Below, piece after piece: positions 9,908-19,272 of a stretch of 64,000 nt of DNA. Below the pieces are notes generated by a model that saw only the letters and a program-made list of their open reading frames with translations, searched no databases and was not told where the DNA came from. Location of the stretch: NCBI GenBank assembly GCA_964594755.1, contig CAZQMO010000005.1, positions 1,144-65,143 of the forward strand, read 5' to 3'. The translations under genes and the position numbers were made by a program. The first letter of the stretch is position 1, and every line of letters begins with the position of its first letter. The stretch is from an uncultured Candidatus Saccharibacteria bacterium (GTDB taxonomy: Bacteria; Patescibacteriota; Doudnabacteria; UBA920).

Positions 9908-10349
9908 ATATATCTTCAAAACTGGGCTTGATTTCTTCGTCCTCGGCAATAGAAATAGTCGGACTAGCCGTGCGCTGCATAGCTGGATGTTCGCTTTCTT
10001 CGCGCGGGTCATAATTGATTTCATCCATAGTAGGAGGTGCGGGTTTGGATACAAATAAGTTTTGAGCTCGTTCCTGTAGGATCTGGCCAATGGATTCAGG
10101 CATGGCAACTTCGGCTTGTATCGTTTCCAAGTTATGATTACTTGGCGCAATATTGTCCTTAAGTTGCGCTTCTAAGATCTCCCGATTAATTGTTTCTGGG
10201 TCAATCCGGGTAGCAATAGCATCTGACTGTGGGTGGATTTTTTGATACTCAGCGTATGTTATAAATATCCCTTTTACATCACCATCATCACCAACAACAA
10301 CCACTTTCCCCTGTTGTCCAGCGAGTTTTAATAATTCTTTTAGGTTCAT
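9906..10349 (-). CDS. hypothetical acidic protein; the N-terminal ~40 aa are reminiscent of a Phd/YefM-type antitoxin fold
   Basis: 147 aa. GKVVVVGDDGDVKGIFITYAEYQKI resembles the YefM pattern. The C-terminal 100 aa are acidic and low-complexity. The overlapping 120-aa ORF (9788-10150) is judged spurious. Confidence 0.45.
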   Translation of the reverse strand: MNLKELLKLAGQQGKVVVVGDDGDVKGIFITYAEYQKIHPQSDAIATRIDPETINREILEAQLKDNIAPSNHNLETIQAEVAMPESIGQILQERAQNLFVSKPAPPTMDEINYDPREESEHPAMQRTASPTISIAEDEEIKPSFEDI

Positions 10350-10415
10350 ATCTACAGTATACTTGGCTGATTCTGAGCTATCAAGTGAACATAATTTATG
10401 GTTTGATCAATCTGA

Positions 10416-11261
10416 TTAAATTTTAGTTGCGGCTAAAACCCAAAAAAGTAACAACCCAAATAGGCCATTTATAAATGGAAAGTACCAATATACTTTTCGG
10501 ATTTCTTCCATGCTTTTTGGCAGCAACCACAAGCAAGCTGCCACATAAACCAGTGATAGCAAAGCTGACCAAGGCAGCCAAAAGTCAGCAACCACCAAAG
10601 CCGCAGTTGAACCTAACCACAGCACTGAACAAAGCAATAAAGATTTTTTTACCCCTAAAACAACTGCGGTAGTTTTTAGGTTAGCTTGACTATCAGCTTG
10701 AATATCTGGCACGGCAGAAAAGATATGCATAGCAGCGGTCCAGCACCATGCAGCCACAACTGCCCAGATTGGCGGCCAATCCCCGCTCAGCATGGCGTAA
10801 CCAGCAAAACCAATCACCGCATAATGTACATTAGAGATTGCATCAATTGCGGGCTTGGATTTAAAACGCAATGGCTCGGAACTATAAGCCCAAGCTAAAA
10901 ATAAAAAAATTGAGATTAAAATTTGGGTAGGTAGGTTTGGGGCCAGAATAACTAAAATTATACCAATCACAATGCACAACCAGACCCATAATCGCAAAGC
11001 TTTCGATTCTGGTCGCTGAAGTAAATGTTCTTGTTGGCCCTTCTTCTCGTTATAAGGATCGGTATCATCATCAAACAAATCATTCACGCCATAAATAAAT
11101 ATATTTGCGGGGATAATAAAATAACAAAAGTAAAGAATCACTTGCCAATTCAGCAAATCATAAATTGTGTTACTACCAGCGATTGCTCCAACTAAAAAAG
11201 TACCACCAGCATACAACCAAAATCTTGGTCGTGAAATTATTAATAAAGTTGTTAAGTTCAT
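10416..11261 (-). CDS. UbiA-family polyprenyltransferase (membrane)
   Basis: 281 aa with ~8 TM segments and the Asp-rich motif NDLFDDDTD. It is adjacent to the polyprenyl synthase and the CrtM/CrtN-like genes. Confidence 0.7.
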   Translation of the reverse strand: MNLTTLLIISRPRFWLYAGGTFLVGAIAGSNTIYDLLNWQVILYFCYFIIPANIFIYGVNDLFDDDTDPYNEKKGQQEHLLQRPESKALRLWVWLCIVIGIILVILAPNLPTQILISIFLFLAWAYSSEPLRFKSKPAIDAISNVHYAVIGFAGYAMLSGDWPPIWAVVAAWCWTAAMHIFSAVPDIQADSQANLKTTAVVLGVKKSLLLCSVLWLGSTAALVVADFWLPWSALLSLVYVAACLWLLPKSMEEIRKVYWYFPFINGLFGLLLFWVLAATKI

Positions 11262-12314
11262 TTATTTTATTCGAACCATTAAATAATCAATTAAGCTATC
11301 AAAAGCTTCTTGTTGTTTAACTGAAAACGGTAACTGGCGCGATAATTTGAGTGCCTGCACTTGCTGGGCTAGTAATTCTTTCTGTGCCAAGTCATCGATT
11401 TTATGCTCAATCATCTTACTAAGCACCCAGTTCTGCTGTTTAGCGGTTAATAATTGTTTACGATTGTATAAAGCTAGTAAAGTTTGTTTATCCTGACCAG
11501 ACAAACTCTTTAAAGTTTGATAGTAAAGCCAAGTAAGTTTGCGTTCTCGGATATCTCCACCTACAGATTTGCCAGTTTGCTTAGAGTTCCCAAACACCCC
11601 GAGAATATCATCACGGATCTGGAAAATCACACCCATACATTCAGCCAACTGCTGTGTTCGTTTATAAACCTTGGTGGTATATTTACCAGACAAATGAAAG
11701 CCGGCCAGCAATGGTAAAGCGAAGGTATAACGCCCGGTTTTTTGTATATATATTCTGGTAATCTTTTTAAGGTCAGGCTTACGACCAGCCGTAGCCATAT
11801 CAACGTCGTCCATTTGAGCGAAACCTAGATTGACCATTTCATCAGAAAAAAGTTTAATCAACTCCGGCTGAACTTTTTTTGTCGAACCTAAAAGCCCTAC
11901 TGCTAAAAAATAACTGACAATTGCTACACAACTAGCCAAGCTTTCGCCGTAATGCAGTTGCTCTTTTGGTAATAGTCCCGCAAGAGAGTTTTGGTACTGA
12001 GTATGAATAGTTGGTTGACCGCGCCGCTCAGTATCGCGATCCATAATATCATCATGAATTAAAATTCCTGAATGCATTAACTCTAATGCTGCGCCTACTT
12101 TAACTGCATCAGCTTTCACAGAAGCACTCCCTGAATCAGCGGCCAGCACCACTAAACTGCCACGCACCAACTTCCCCGCGCTAGCAAATTTCTGCAAGCG
12201 ATTTAAAGCGTCTTTCGACCACACATACCCTAACCCACTTTTTTGTGAATTTTTAAAAGCTTTGCCCAGCTCAGCTACTAGCAGTTTTTTATAATCTACA
12301 AATGTTTTATTCAT
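11262..12314 (-). CDS. polyprenyl diphosphate synthase (trans-IPPS; CrtE/IspA-like)
   Basis: 350 aa. The first Asp-rich motif is LIHDDIMD. The second region is FQIRDDILGVFG. Confidence 0.75.
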   Translation of the reverse strand: MNKTFVDYKKLLVAELGKAFKNSQKSGLGYVWSKDALNRLQKFASAGKLVRGSLVVLAADSGSASVKADAVKVGAALELMHSGILIHDDIMDRDTERRGQPTIHTQYQNSLAGLLPKEQLHYGESLASCVAIVSYFLAVGLLGSTKKVQPELIKLFSDEMVNLGFAQMDDVDMATAGRKPDLKKITRIYIQKTGRYTFALPLLAGFHLSGKYTTKVYKRTQQLAECMGVIFQIRDDILGVFGNSKQTGKSVGGDIRERKLTWLYYQTLKSLSGQDKQTLLALYNRKQLLTAKQQNWVLSKMIEHKIDDLAQKELLAQQVQALKLSRQLPFSVKQQEAFDSLIDYLMVRIK

Positions 12315-13150
12315 GGAACCAATTGCTTAATTGCCGATAATACAATGCGTTTTCTCGATACACTGACTTTTTCTTCCAGCACAATGAGAGGGTCTGCTTC
12401 GATCACAGAAATAACTTGATCAAATGCTTCAGTAGCTGCTCGGATAGCTAACTGATAGCGTTTTGGGATAAATGAGAATCCAGCTTCTGACTGTGTACGC
12501 CAATCTTTATACAAAGCGATCTGCTCCAACATAAACTGACTAAACTCTTTTGGTTTTGCTTTTGCAACACTGATGGTAAGACTTGAGAAACCGTATCTTT
12601 GATAACTGTCTTTAGGGAAATATACTCGCCCTAATTCATAATCTTCTTTAAAATCTCTTATCATATTCATGTACTGAAACGCTCGCCCAAGCATCTTAGC
12701 CGAAAAATCTGCCTCAATTGGTAAGTTCATCAAACGAGCCATCATTAAACCAATAACTTCAGCCGAACCATAGATGTAATGCAAGGTCTCATCGAGATTG
12801 TCATACTGGCTTTTATGCAAGTCCATATTCATTGAACCAAAAAATGCATCCACCCAACTCTGTTCAAAGGCATATTTTTTTTGTAAAAGCACAAAGCGAT
12901 CAATAATTGGCTCGCCTGAAACTTTACCTTGCACAGCTCCTTGATACAAAGACCAAAAGTTATTAAACTCTTTAACTTTTTGTGGCAGTACGTCCACATA
13001 ATTATCCGCTGTTCTCACAAAAGCATACAGATCAAAAACATCCCGTCGGAGCTTGCCTGGGAAAAATAAGCTAGCAGTGAAAAATGTTTTACTGCCTTGT
13101 TTAAAAATATTAAAGTTTTGCAAATTAGCTAACATGATCTTGTCTAACAT
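12311..13150 (-). CDS. phytoene / dehydrosqualene synthase family protein (CrtB/CrtM-like)
   Basis: 279 aa. Motifs YAFVRTADNYVD, YIYGSAEVIGLM and NMIRDFKEDYELGRVYFP match the squalene/phytoene synthase family. Confidence 0.65.
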   Translation of the reverse strand: MLDKIMLANLQNFNIFKQGSKTFFTASLFFPGKLRRDVFDLYAFVRTADNYVDVLPQKVKEFNNFWSLYQGAVQGKVSGEPIIDRFVLLQKKYAFEQSWVDAFFGSMNMDLHKSQYDNLDETLHYIYGSAEVIGLMMARLMNLPIEADFSAKMLGRAFQYMNMIRDFKEDYELGRVYFPKDSYQRYGFSSLTISVAKAKPKEFSQFMLEQIALYKDWRTQSEAGFSFIPKRYQLAIRAATEAFDQVISVIEADPLIVLEEKVSVSRKRIVLSAIKQLVP

Positions 13151-14600
13151 TATCCCTAGCCAATTGGCCAGAAATTAAAGTCATAGGAACACCAATCCCT
13201 GGCTGGGTAAATTGCCCTACAAAGTATAGGTTATGAACTTTTTTGCTTTTAGTCCTTGGTCTAAACAATGATGTTTGACTTAAAGTGTGACTCAAGCCTA
13301 GAGCCGTACCTTTATATGCATTATAATCAGCCGAAAAGTCATTCAAAGAAAAAAGTCTTTTTACCTTAACGGCATCAGAAACTGTTTGGCCAATACTTTT
13401 TTCAAAATGATTAATGATTTTATGATAATACTGATCTCGAATTTCCAATGTGTCTTCTAATCCGCTAGCAATCGGCACTAAAAAGAATAAATTCTCGGAT
13501 CCTTCTGGCGCAACATCTGAATCTGTCTGCGACGGGCAACAAACGTAATACGAAGGGTCAGATGGCCAAGCTGGCTTTTGAAAAATTGCATTAAAATGCC
13601 GCACCCAATCATTGTCCAAAAACAACATATGGTGCTTCACATTAAGAAGCTTCTTGCTCAGCCCAAGATAAATAATGAACGCCGATGGCGCCATAGTGCG
13701 CTTTTGCCAGTAACTTTCACTATAAGTGCGATCGGATACCTCAAGCAATTGTGTTTCAACATGATGGTAATCAGCATTAGCAACGACAATGTCACAAGGA
13801 TACGTTTGCTTGTCAGTTTCTACCGAAACAGCTTGACCATTTTGTGTATGCACCGCAAGAACATTCTCTTCAAATATAAATTTTGCTCCATACTCTTCAG
13901 CCAATTTTCTGATACCCTCTGCTACTGCGCCAAAACCACCCATGGGATACCAGACTCCAAGATTAAAGTCAGCATGATTAATGACCGAATATAAAGCTGG
14001 GGTATTTTTTGGAGCACCCCCCAGAAAAACCATACTGTACTCTAGAATTTTGCGTAGTTTTTCTGATTTAAAAAACCTTTGAGTGAAGGCGTCTAAGTTT
14101 TGAAAAACATGTAACTTACTACCTTCGATTAGCATTCGTTTATTAAAAAAATCAAATACTGATCGAAAATCTTTATACAAAAATTCTTTCATAGAAACTT
14201 CGTACTGGTATCGAGCTTGCTTCAAATATTCCTGGAGTTGTTTACCAGCACCTGGCTCAATTGATTCAAATAACTCCATGTTCTTTTGTAAAGAAGCTGC
14301 AATATCTACGAACTCATCCTGAAAATAAATCCGGTAGGAAGGATCGAGTCGATGGAGCTGATAATAATCACTTGGCTTCTTACCAAACTCAGCAAAAAAA
14401 TTTTCGAAGGCATCTGGCATCAAATACCAAGAAGGGCCCATGTCAAACTTAAAACCGGCCTCTCGCCAAACTCGAGCCCGGCCACCTATGCTATTATTTT
14501 TTTCGATAACAGTTACATTGTATCCGTCTTTAGCAAGAAAAGCAGCTACGCTTAACCCACCAAAGCCGGCGCCAATTACAACTACATTTTTTGGCGTCAT
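13125..14600 (-). CDS. FAD-dependent carotenoid desaturase of the CrtI/CrtN family, closest by eye to CrtN (diapophytoene desaturase)
   Basis: 491 aa. It has an N-terminal Rossmann fold VVVIGAGFGGL. EKNNSIGGRARVWREAGFKFDMGPSWYLMPD parallels Staphylococcus CrtN EKNNNVGGR...GFTFDMGPTIVMMPD. The C-terminus is LYFVGQFTQPGIGVP. Confidence 0.65.
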   Translation of the reverse strand: MTPKNVVVIGAGFGGLSVAAFLAKDGYNVTVIEKNNSIGGRARVWREAGFKFDMGPSWYLMPDAFENFFAEFGKKPSDYYQLHRLDPSYRIYFQDEFVDIAASLQKNMELFESIEPGAGKQLQEYLKQARYQYEVSMKEFLYKDFRSVFDFFNKRMLIEGSKLHVFQNLDAFTQRFFKSEKLRKILEYSMVFLGGAPKNTPALYSVINHADFNLGVWYPMGGFGAVAEGIRKLAEEYGAKFIFEENVLAVHTQNGQAVSVETDKQTYPCDIVVANADYHHVETQLLEVSDRTYSESYWQKRTMAPSAFIIYLGLSKKLLNVKHHMLFLDNDWVRHFNAIFQKPAWPSDPSYYVCCPSQTDSDVAPEGSENLFFLVPIASGLEDTLEIRDQYYHKIINHFEKSIGQTVSDAVKVKRLFSLNDFSADYNAYKGTALGLSHTLSQTSLFRPRTKSKKVHNLYFVGQFTQPGIGVPMTLISGQLARDNVRQDHVS

Positions 14601-14632
14601 TTGATTCAGTATAATGGATTTTTAAGAAAAAT

Positions 14633-14660
14633 AAAAACCGCCCAATTTTGGGCGGTTTTT
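14633..14660 (-). terminator. intrinsic terminator after fusA
   Basis: aaccgccc-aatttt-gggcggtt hairpin flanked by A/T runs. Confidence 0.65.
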
Positions 14661-14668
14661 GATTTCAG

Positions 14669-16792
14669 TTATTGTCCCTTACGGACGTTCATTCCAGCAC
14701 GAGACTCTATGATTGTAGCAGCTACGTTCTTGGGAACTTCTTCGTAATGATCGAATTCCATTATAGAAGATGCTTGGCCTTGAGTTAAGCTGCGGAGCTG
14801 TGTCGCGTAACCGAACATTTCGGCAAGCGGTACAAACGCAGTAATAACTTTACGACCGGTAATGTCTTCCATGTCTTGGACTTTAGCTCGCTTGGAGTTT
14901 AAGTCGCCGATGACGTCACCCATGTTGGCTTCGGGGGTAGTAACAACGACCTTCATCACAGGCTCCAAGAGTACTGGATTACCTTTCTTCACGGCTTCTT
15001 GCAAACACTTTGAAGCAGCAATTTTGAAAGCCATTTCCGAAGAGTCAACTTCGTGATAACTTCCATCGTACAGCGCGGCCCGGAAGTCTACTAATGGGTA
15101 TCCAGCGATAACACCGTTAGCAGCAGATTCTTGAATACCTTTATCAATTGGCTTGATATATTCTTTTGGAATTACACCACCAACGATTTCATCAACGAAT
15201 TCATAACCTTTACCAGATTCAAGCGGTTCAACGCGCAAGTATACGTGACCATATTGACCACGACCACCAGACTGACGAATGTATTTTACTTCAGCAGTAG
15301 CAGTATTGCGGAAGGTTTCCTTGTAAGCAACTTCTGGCTTACCAACGTTAGCTTCAACTTTGAATTCGCGCTTCATGCGGTCTACCAAAATTTCCAAGTG
15401 AAGTTCACCCATACCAGCAATAATTGTTTGCTGGGTTTCTTCGTTAGAAGAAACATTGAAAGTCGGATCTTCTTCGGCAAGCTTTTGCAAAGCAATACCC
15501 ATTTTTTCTTGGTCAGCTTTGGTCTTTGGCTCAATAGCCATGGAAATAACTGGATCTGCGAACTTGATCTTTTCTAATTCAATTGGCGCATTTTCGGCAC
15601 AAAGAGTGTCGGCAGTGATAGTGTCTTTTGGACCTACCAACGCACAAATGTCACCAGCGAATACTTCTTTCACTTCATCACGTTGGTCAGCGCGCATACG
15701 CACGATACGGCCAACGCGTTCTTTGTTGCCAGTACGAGCGTTAAGCACGTAAGAGCCAGCAGTCAAAGTTCCGGAATAAACGCGGAAGAAAGCTAAGCGA
15801 CCTACGAATGGGTCGGTTGCAATCTTGAAAGCCAATGCAGTGAAAGGTTCGCTGTCGTCTGGCTTGCGTTCTAATTCTTCACCAGTCTTGGGGTTGTGAC
15901 CTTTAACTGGTCCTTTGTCGGTTGGAGATGGCAGGAAGTTAGCAACACCATCAAGCAATGTGCGCACGATAATCCCACGACCGTCGCCACCAAATACAGG
16001 ATAAAATTCACCGCTCTGAACCGCCTTACGAATAGTCAAAAGTAATTCTTCTTCGGTTAAGCCTTCACCACCAAGATACTTTTCCATCATAGCTTCGTCG
16101 TATTCCACGACTTTTTCGATAAGCTCTTGGCGATACTGCTCGGCCTTTTCTTTCATGTCAGCAGGAACTTCACCAATTGTGAATTCTTTATCGGTGTAGT
16201 CCTTGTAAGTGTAGGACTTCATTCCAACTAAATCTACAACACCTACAATGTCTTTTTCGAAACCGATCGGCAGTTGAACTGGGAAAGCGTTTTTGGTGAG
16301 ACGGTTGTGGATGGATTCCAAAGACTTATAAAAGTCGCCGCCGGTTTGGTTGATTTTGTTAATGAAACACATGCGAGGTACGCCGTACTTGTCAGCTTGG
16401 CGCCACACAGTTTCGGATTGGGGCTCTACACCCATTTTACCGTCAAAGACGGTAACTGCACCGTCGAGCACGCGCAAAGAGCGCTCTACTTCTACGGTAA
16501 AGTCTACGTGACCAGGAGTGTCAATGATGTTAATCTTGCACTCTTTGTCGCCGTCTAATTTTAAATACTGAGGCTTCCAGTAACAGGTTACCGCCGCAGA
16601 AGTGATAGTGATACCACGTTCCCGTTCTTGTTCCATCCAGTCGGTTACAGTTTCACCTTCGTGAACCGCACCGATTTTGTGAACCATACCAGTGTTGTAC
16701 AAGATACCTTCGGTAGTTGTAGTTTTACCAGCATCAATGTGAGCGATAATCCCGATATTACGGGTTGCTTCTATTGGATATTCTCTAGGCAT
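14669..16792 (-). CDS. fusA: elongation factor G
   Basis: 707 aa; [28 protein letters not shown]... Confidence 0.96.
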   Translation of the reverse strand: MPREYPIEATRNIGIIAHIDAGKTTTTEGILYNTGMVHKIGAVHEGETVTDWMEQERERGITITSAAVTCYWKPQYLKLDGDKECKINIIDTPGHVDFTVEVERSLRVLDGAVTVFDGKMGVEPQSETVWRQADKYGVPRMCFINKINQTGGDFYKSLESIHNRLTKNAFPVQLPIGFEKDIVGVVDLVGMKSYTYKDYTDKEFTIGEVPADMKEKAEQYRQELIEKVVEYDEAMMEKYLGGEGLTEEELLLTIRKAVQSGEFYPVFGGDGRGIIVRTLLDGVANFLPSPTDKGPVKGHNPKTGEELERKPDDSEPFTALAFKIATDPFVGRLAFFRVYSGTLTAGSYVLNARTGNKERVGRIVRMRADQRDEVKEVFAGDICALVGPKDTITADTLCAENAPIELEKIKFADPVISMAIEPKTKADQEKMGIALQKLAEEDPTFNVSSNEETQQTIIAGMGELHLEILVDRMKREFKVEANVGKPEVAYKETFRNTATAEVKYIRQSGGRGQYGHVYLRVEPLESGKGYEFVDEIVGGVIPKEYIKPIDKGIQESAANGVIAGYPLVDFRAALYDGSYHEVDSSEMAFKIAASKCLQEAVKKGNPVLLEPVMKVVVTTPEANMGDVIGDLNSKRAKVQDMEDITGRKVITAFVPLAEMFGYATQLRSLTQGQASSIMEFDHYEEVPKNVAATIIESRAGMNVRKGQ

Positions 16793-16805
16793 ATTTTATT
16801 TCTAA

Positions 16806-17318
16806 TTATTTTCTCTTGCTACCAAAGCGGGCAAAGTGAGCAAACGCTTTGTTTGCTTCAGCCATACGGTGAGTGTCTTCACGCTTCTTTACAGCAGCAC
16901 CCATTTTATTGAATGCGTCAATAACTTCTTGAGCAAGCTTCTCGGCCATTGGCGCGCCTTTGCGGGCGCGAGCTGCAGCAATCATCCACTTCATACCAAG
17001 GGCTGTGCGGCGAGGTTCCTGCACTTCCATAGGAACTTGGTAGTTAGAACCACCAATCCGGCGACCTTTGATTTCCATGATTGGAGAAACATTCTTTAAA
17101 GCGATATCAAAGACTTGGCGGGAATCAGTAACTTCCGCCTCTTTGTTTGCTTTCATTTTATCTTCAACAATAACGAGCGCATTGTAAAAAATCTTTTGCG
17201 CAACGCTCTTTTTGCCGCGTTCCATTAAATAGTTAATAAACTTGGCGTACTTCACGCTAGAAAATTGTGGATCTGGCAGTGGAGTGTGTTTTTCAAAACT
17301 TCGTGCTCTTCGTGGCAT
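16806..17318 (-). CDS. rpsG: 30S ribosomal protein S7
   Basis: 170 aa, S7-like; follows rpsL. Confidence 0.93.
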   Translation of the reverse strand: MPRRARSFEKHTPLPDPQFSSVKYAKFINYLMERGKKSVAQKIFYNALVIVEDKMKANKEAEVTDSRQVFDIALKNVSPIMEIKGRRIGGSNYQVPMEVQEPRRTALGMKWMIAAARARKGAPMAEKLAQEVIDAFNKMGAAVKKREDTHRMAEANKAFAHFARFGSKRK

Positions 17319-17334
17319 ATCTTTCTTTCTATCC

Positions 17335-17405
17335 CCTCCCCCTTCTAGGGGGAGGTTAGGTGGGGGTTTCTTGAACCTCCCCTAACCCCTCCTTGAAAGG
17401 AGGGG
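17335..17405. repeat. GC-rich nested-palindrome intergenic repeat, copy A
   Basis: Three hairpins: cctccccc-ttcta-gggggagg; ggttagg-tgggg...cccctaacc; cccctcc-ttgaaa-ggagggg. Related copies occur at 42854-42936 and 38481-38531. Confidence 0.7.
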
Positions 17406-17412
17406 AAAATTC

Positions 17413-17841
17413 TTACGCTGCTGATGCAGCTGGCTTCTTAGCGCCATATTTCGAACGAGAGCGCCGACGACCTTCAACGCCTAAGGTGTCCAACTTACCA
17501 CGAACAATGTGATAACGAACACCAGGTAAATCTTTTACACGACCACCGCGGATCATCACCACGCTGTGTTCCTGCAAGTTGTGACCAACACCAGGAATAT
17601 ACGCAAGTACTTCCATACCGTTAGTCAGTTTGATCTTTGCAACTTTACGCAAAGCAGAGTTTGGCTTCTTTGGAGTGGTTGTGTACACCTTTAAACATAC
17701 ACCGCGCATAAATGGCGCGCCGGTTGGGATGTGCAAAACCTTGTTCTTAATCAAGTTCTGGCGGCGTTGCAATGCCGGAGACTTTGATTTGGCCTTCTGC
17801 AGCTTGCGCGGCTTGCGGACCAATTGGTTAATAGTAGGCAT
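17413..17841 (-). CDS. rpsL: 30S ribosomal protein S12
   Basis: [13 protein letters not shown]...; highly conserved S12. Confidence 0.96.
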   Translation of the reverse strand: MPTINQLVRKPRKLQKAKSKSPALQRRQNLIKNKVLHIPTGAPFMRGVCLKVYTTTPKKPNSALRKVAKIKLTNGMEVLAYIPGVGHNLQEHSVVMIRGGRVKDLPGVRYHIVRGKLDTLGVEGRRRSRSKYGAKKPAASAA

Positions 17842-17910
17842 TTCGTCCAAATTTTACTCACTTGCTCGCGTCCGCTCCGCTATGCGGCCGTCTCGCTCGC
17901 CTGTTCGTAA

Positions 17911-18010
17911 AATTTCTCCTCTCACATTCACGCTTAACCTGCGTCTTTGCGACGGGCTTCGTCGCTACACTCCTCAGCCCTGCAAACACTCGGCCCAAGT
18001 GTGAATGTGC
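17911..18010 (-). promoter_or_regulatory. structured rpsL leader containing the conserved Box A / Box B motif, followed by a 9-bp stem that encloses ~50 nt between an AGGAG and the AUG
   Basis: The minus strand reads cacattcacACTTGGGCCGAGtg...GGTTAAGCGTGAATGTGagaggag. The same boxes occur upstream of tRNA-Arg at 53281-53324 and again at 53673-53699. Confidence 0.5.
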
Positions 18011-18374
18011 GTTAATGATTTTCGGGTGACACGTCCCAATTAATTTAATAATTACGCTACTTATGTGATTGACGTGAATTCGCGAAGACATACGCGGCTA
18101 TTTCGAGCCGTACTAATGGTACGGTGAGAAATAACGCAAGTATATCGACAAAGAATTCGTCCAAAGCTTTATCTGAGTCCAAACTTGTTTTGGACTGGAT
18201 AAAGCATTCACATAATGTAGCGAACAAAAAACCGACCCAAGAGTCAGTCTCTTTGGTTTCGCCAATTGGTACTGCCTGGAAGCCTTGCAGGCGTGATTCC
18301 CAATTTTGCGAGCAATGTGTCAGTAATTCCTTCAGTTAGGGGCTTCAAATGAATTGTGAATATATTATAAAGCA

Positions 18375-18403
18375 TTGAAAGTATTAAGTCAATAAGCTAT
18401 ACT
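18375..18403 (+). promoter_or_regulatory. sigma70-type promoter, TTGAAA-17-TATACT
   Basis: ttgaaa at 18375-18380 and tatact at 18398-18403. GGAGG lies 8 nt upstream of the ATG at 18436. Confidence 0.6.
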
Positions 18404-18435
18404 TTCGTCAACGAAAACTAGAAGGAGGTTTGCCT

Positions 18436-19167
18436 ATGCTGGAAATCACGGCAAATGTTGATACAGAAGCCATAATTCGAGCCAAGCGCTTTTATGAGCG
18501 TAAACGCAAAGGTCCAAAGCCAAAATTTGAGTTTGAAACTCTCTACCAGAAGTTTTGCAACCCAAATCTTAGCTTTAAGAAAATCGCCCGCCAATTGGGC
18601 TGCAGCCACTCTCACGTGTCGTATCTGTTCAATTTTTTTCGGGAAATTGTCCCGGAACAACTACGCAACCCACAAAAGCGTGCCGAACGAGAATGGATAG
18701 AAAATCAAAAGGCTCATATTGATGGGTTGATCAAACTTGATACTGATTCAGCCGCGGCCGTCTTCACAGCCCTTGCCAGACAAAAAAAAATCCGCGCTCA
18801 GCGGATCTACAGTTACTGGTCTGTATTAAAGCGCTACGTCAAAGTAAAAAATCAGCTCTGCTACGTCGCTAGAAATCGCAATCCAAGACGAGCACGTAGC
18901 GAATTTTTTCGACGGTATTTCATGTTCCCTCTTCATAAAGAAGTTGTTGGTTCAGCGAAGTTCATTGTCTTGATTGCGGAATCGCAATTCCGACAAGATA
19001 CTTACATCTTCAAAGCCGAAGATCTAATGAATTTCCAAGGCATGTCTAAACAGCTGTACATTCCCGACATAACGACACCTCCTCTCAAGGATGTGAAGCC
19101 AAGTCAGGATCAACTGCTGATTGAGCCAGCCCGCAACAACTGGGACCTATTCCGAACAGCCGAATAA
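18436..19167 (+). CDS. hypothetical basic protein with a predicted helix-turn-helix; contains an internal A9 tract
   Basis: 244 aa. LSFKKIARQLGCSHSHVSYLF is an HTH-like segment. GC-richer codon usage. The A9 run lies at 18782-18790. Confidence 0.55.
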   Translation: MLEITANVDTEAIIRAKRFYERKRKGPKPKFEFETLYQKFCNPNLSFKKIARQLGCSHSHVSYLFNFFREIVPEQLRNPQKRAEREWIENQKAHIDGLIKLDTDSAAAVFTALARQKKIRAQRIYSYWSVLKRYVKVKNQLCYVARNRNPRRARSEFFRRYFMFPLHKEVVGSAKFIVLIAESQFRQDTYIFKAEDLMNFQGMSKQLYIPDITTPPLKDVKPSQDQLLIEPARNNWDLFRTAE

Positions 19168-19182
19168 TCGGCTGTTTTTTGT
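19159..19182 (+). terminator. intrinsic terminator (agccga-ataa-tcggct + T6)
   Basis: Perfect 6-bp stem and a T-run directly after the stop codon. Confidence 0.7.
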
Positions 19183-19195
19183 TATAAGTATAGCG

Positions 19196-19224
19196 TTGAC
19201 AAAAATACTAATTTTCAGTATAGT
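19196..19224 (+). promoter_or_regulatory. consensus sigma70 promoter, TTGACA-17-TATAGT
   Basis: ttgaca at 19196-19201 and tatagt at 19219-19224. The SD aggagga precedes the ATG at 19273. Confidence 0.65.
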
Positions 19225-19272
19225 ATCATTTGTCACGACCTAATGACTATCAATCTTATGAGGAGGATACAG

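Noticed and set aside
9788-10150. 120-aa minus-strand ORF overlapping both the 86-aa plus gene and the 147-aa minus gene
   Set aside because: It overlaps two better-supported genes and a terminator and has an unusual basic low-complexity sequence. It is considered spurious.
17858-18339. ORFs 17858-18091(-) and 18124-18339(+) in the long rpsL upstream region
   Set aside because: They have no RBS and overlap the conserved leader motif and hairpins. The region is better explained as non-coding leader and promoter space.
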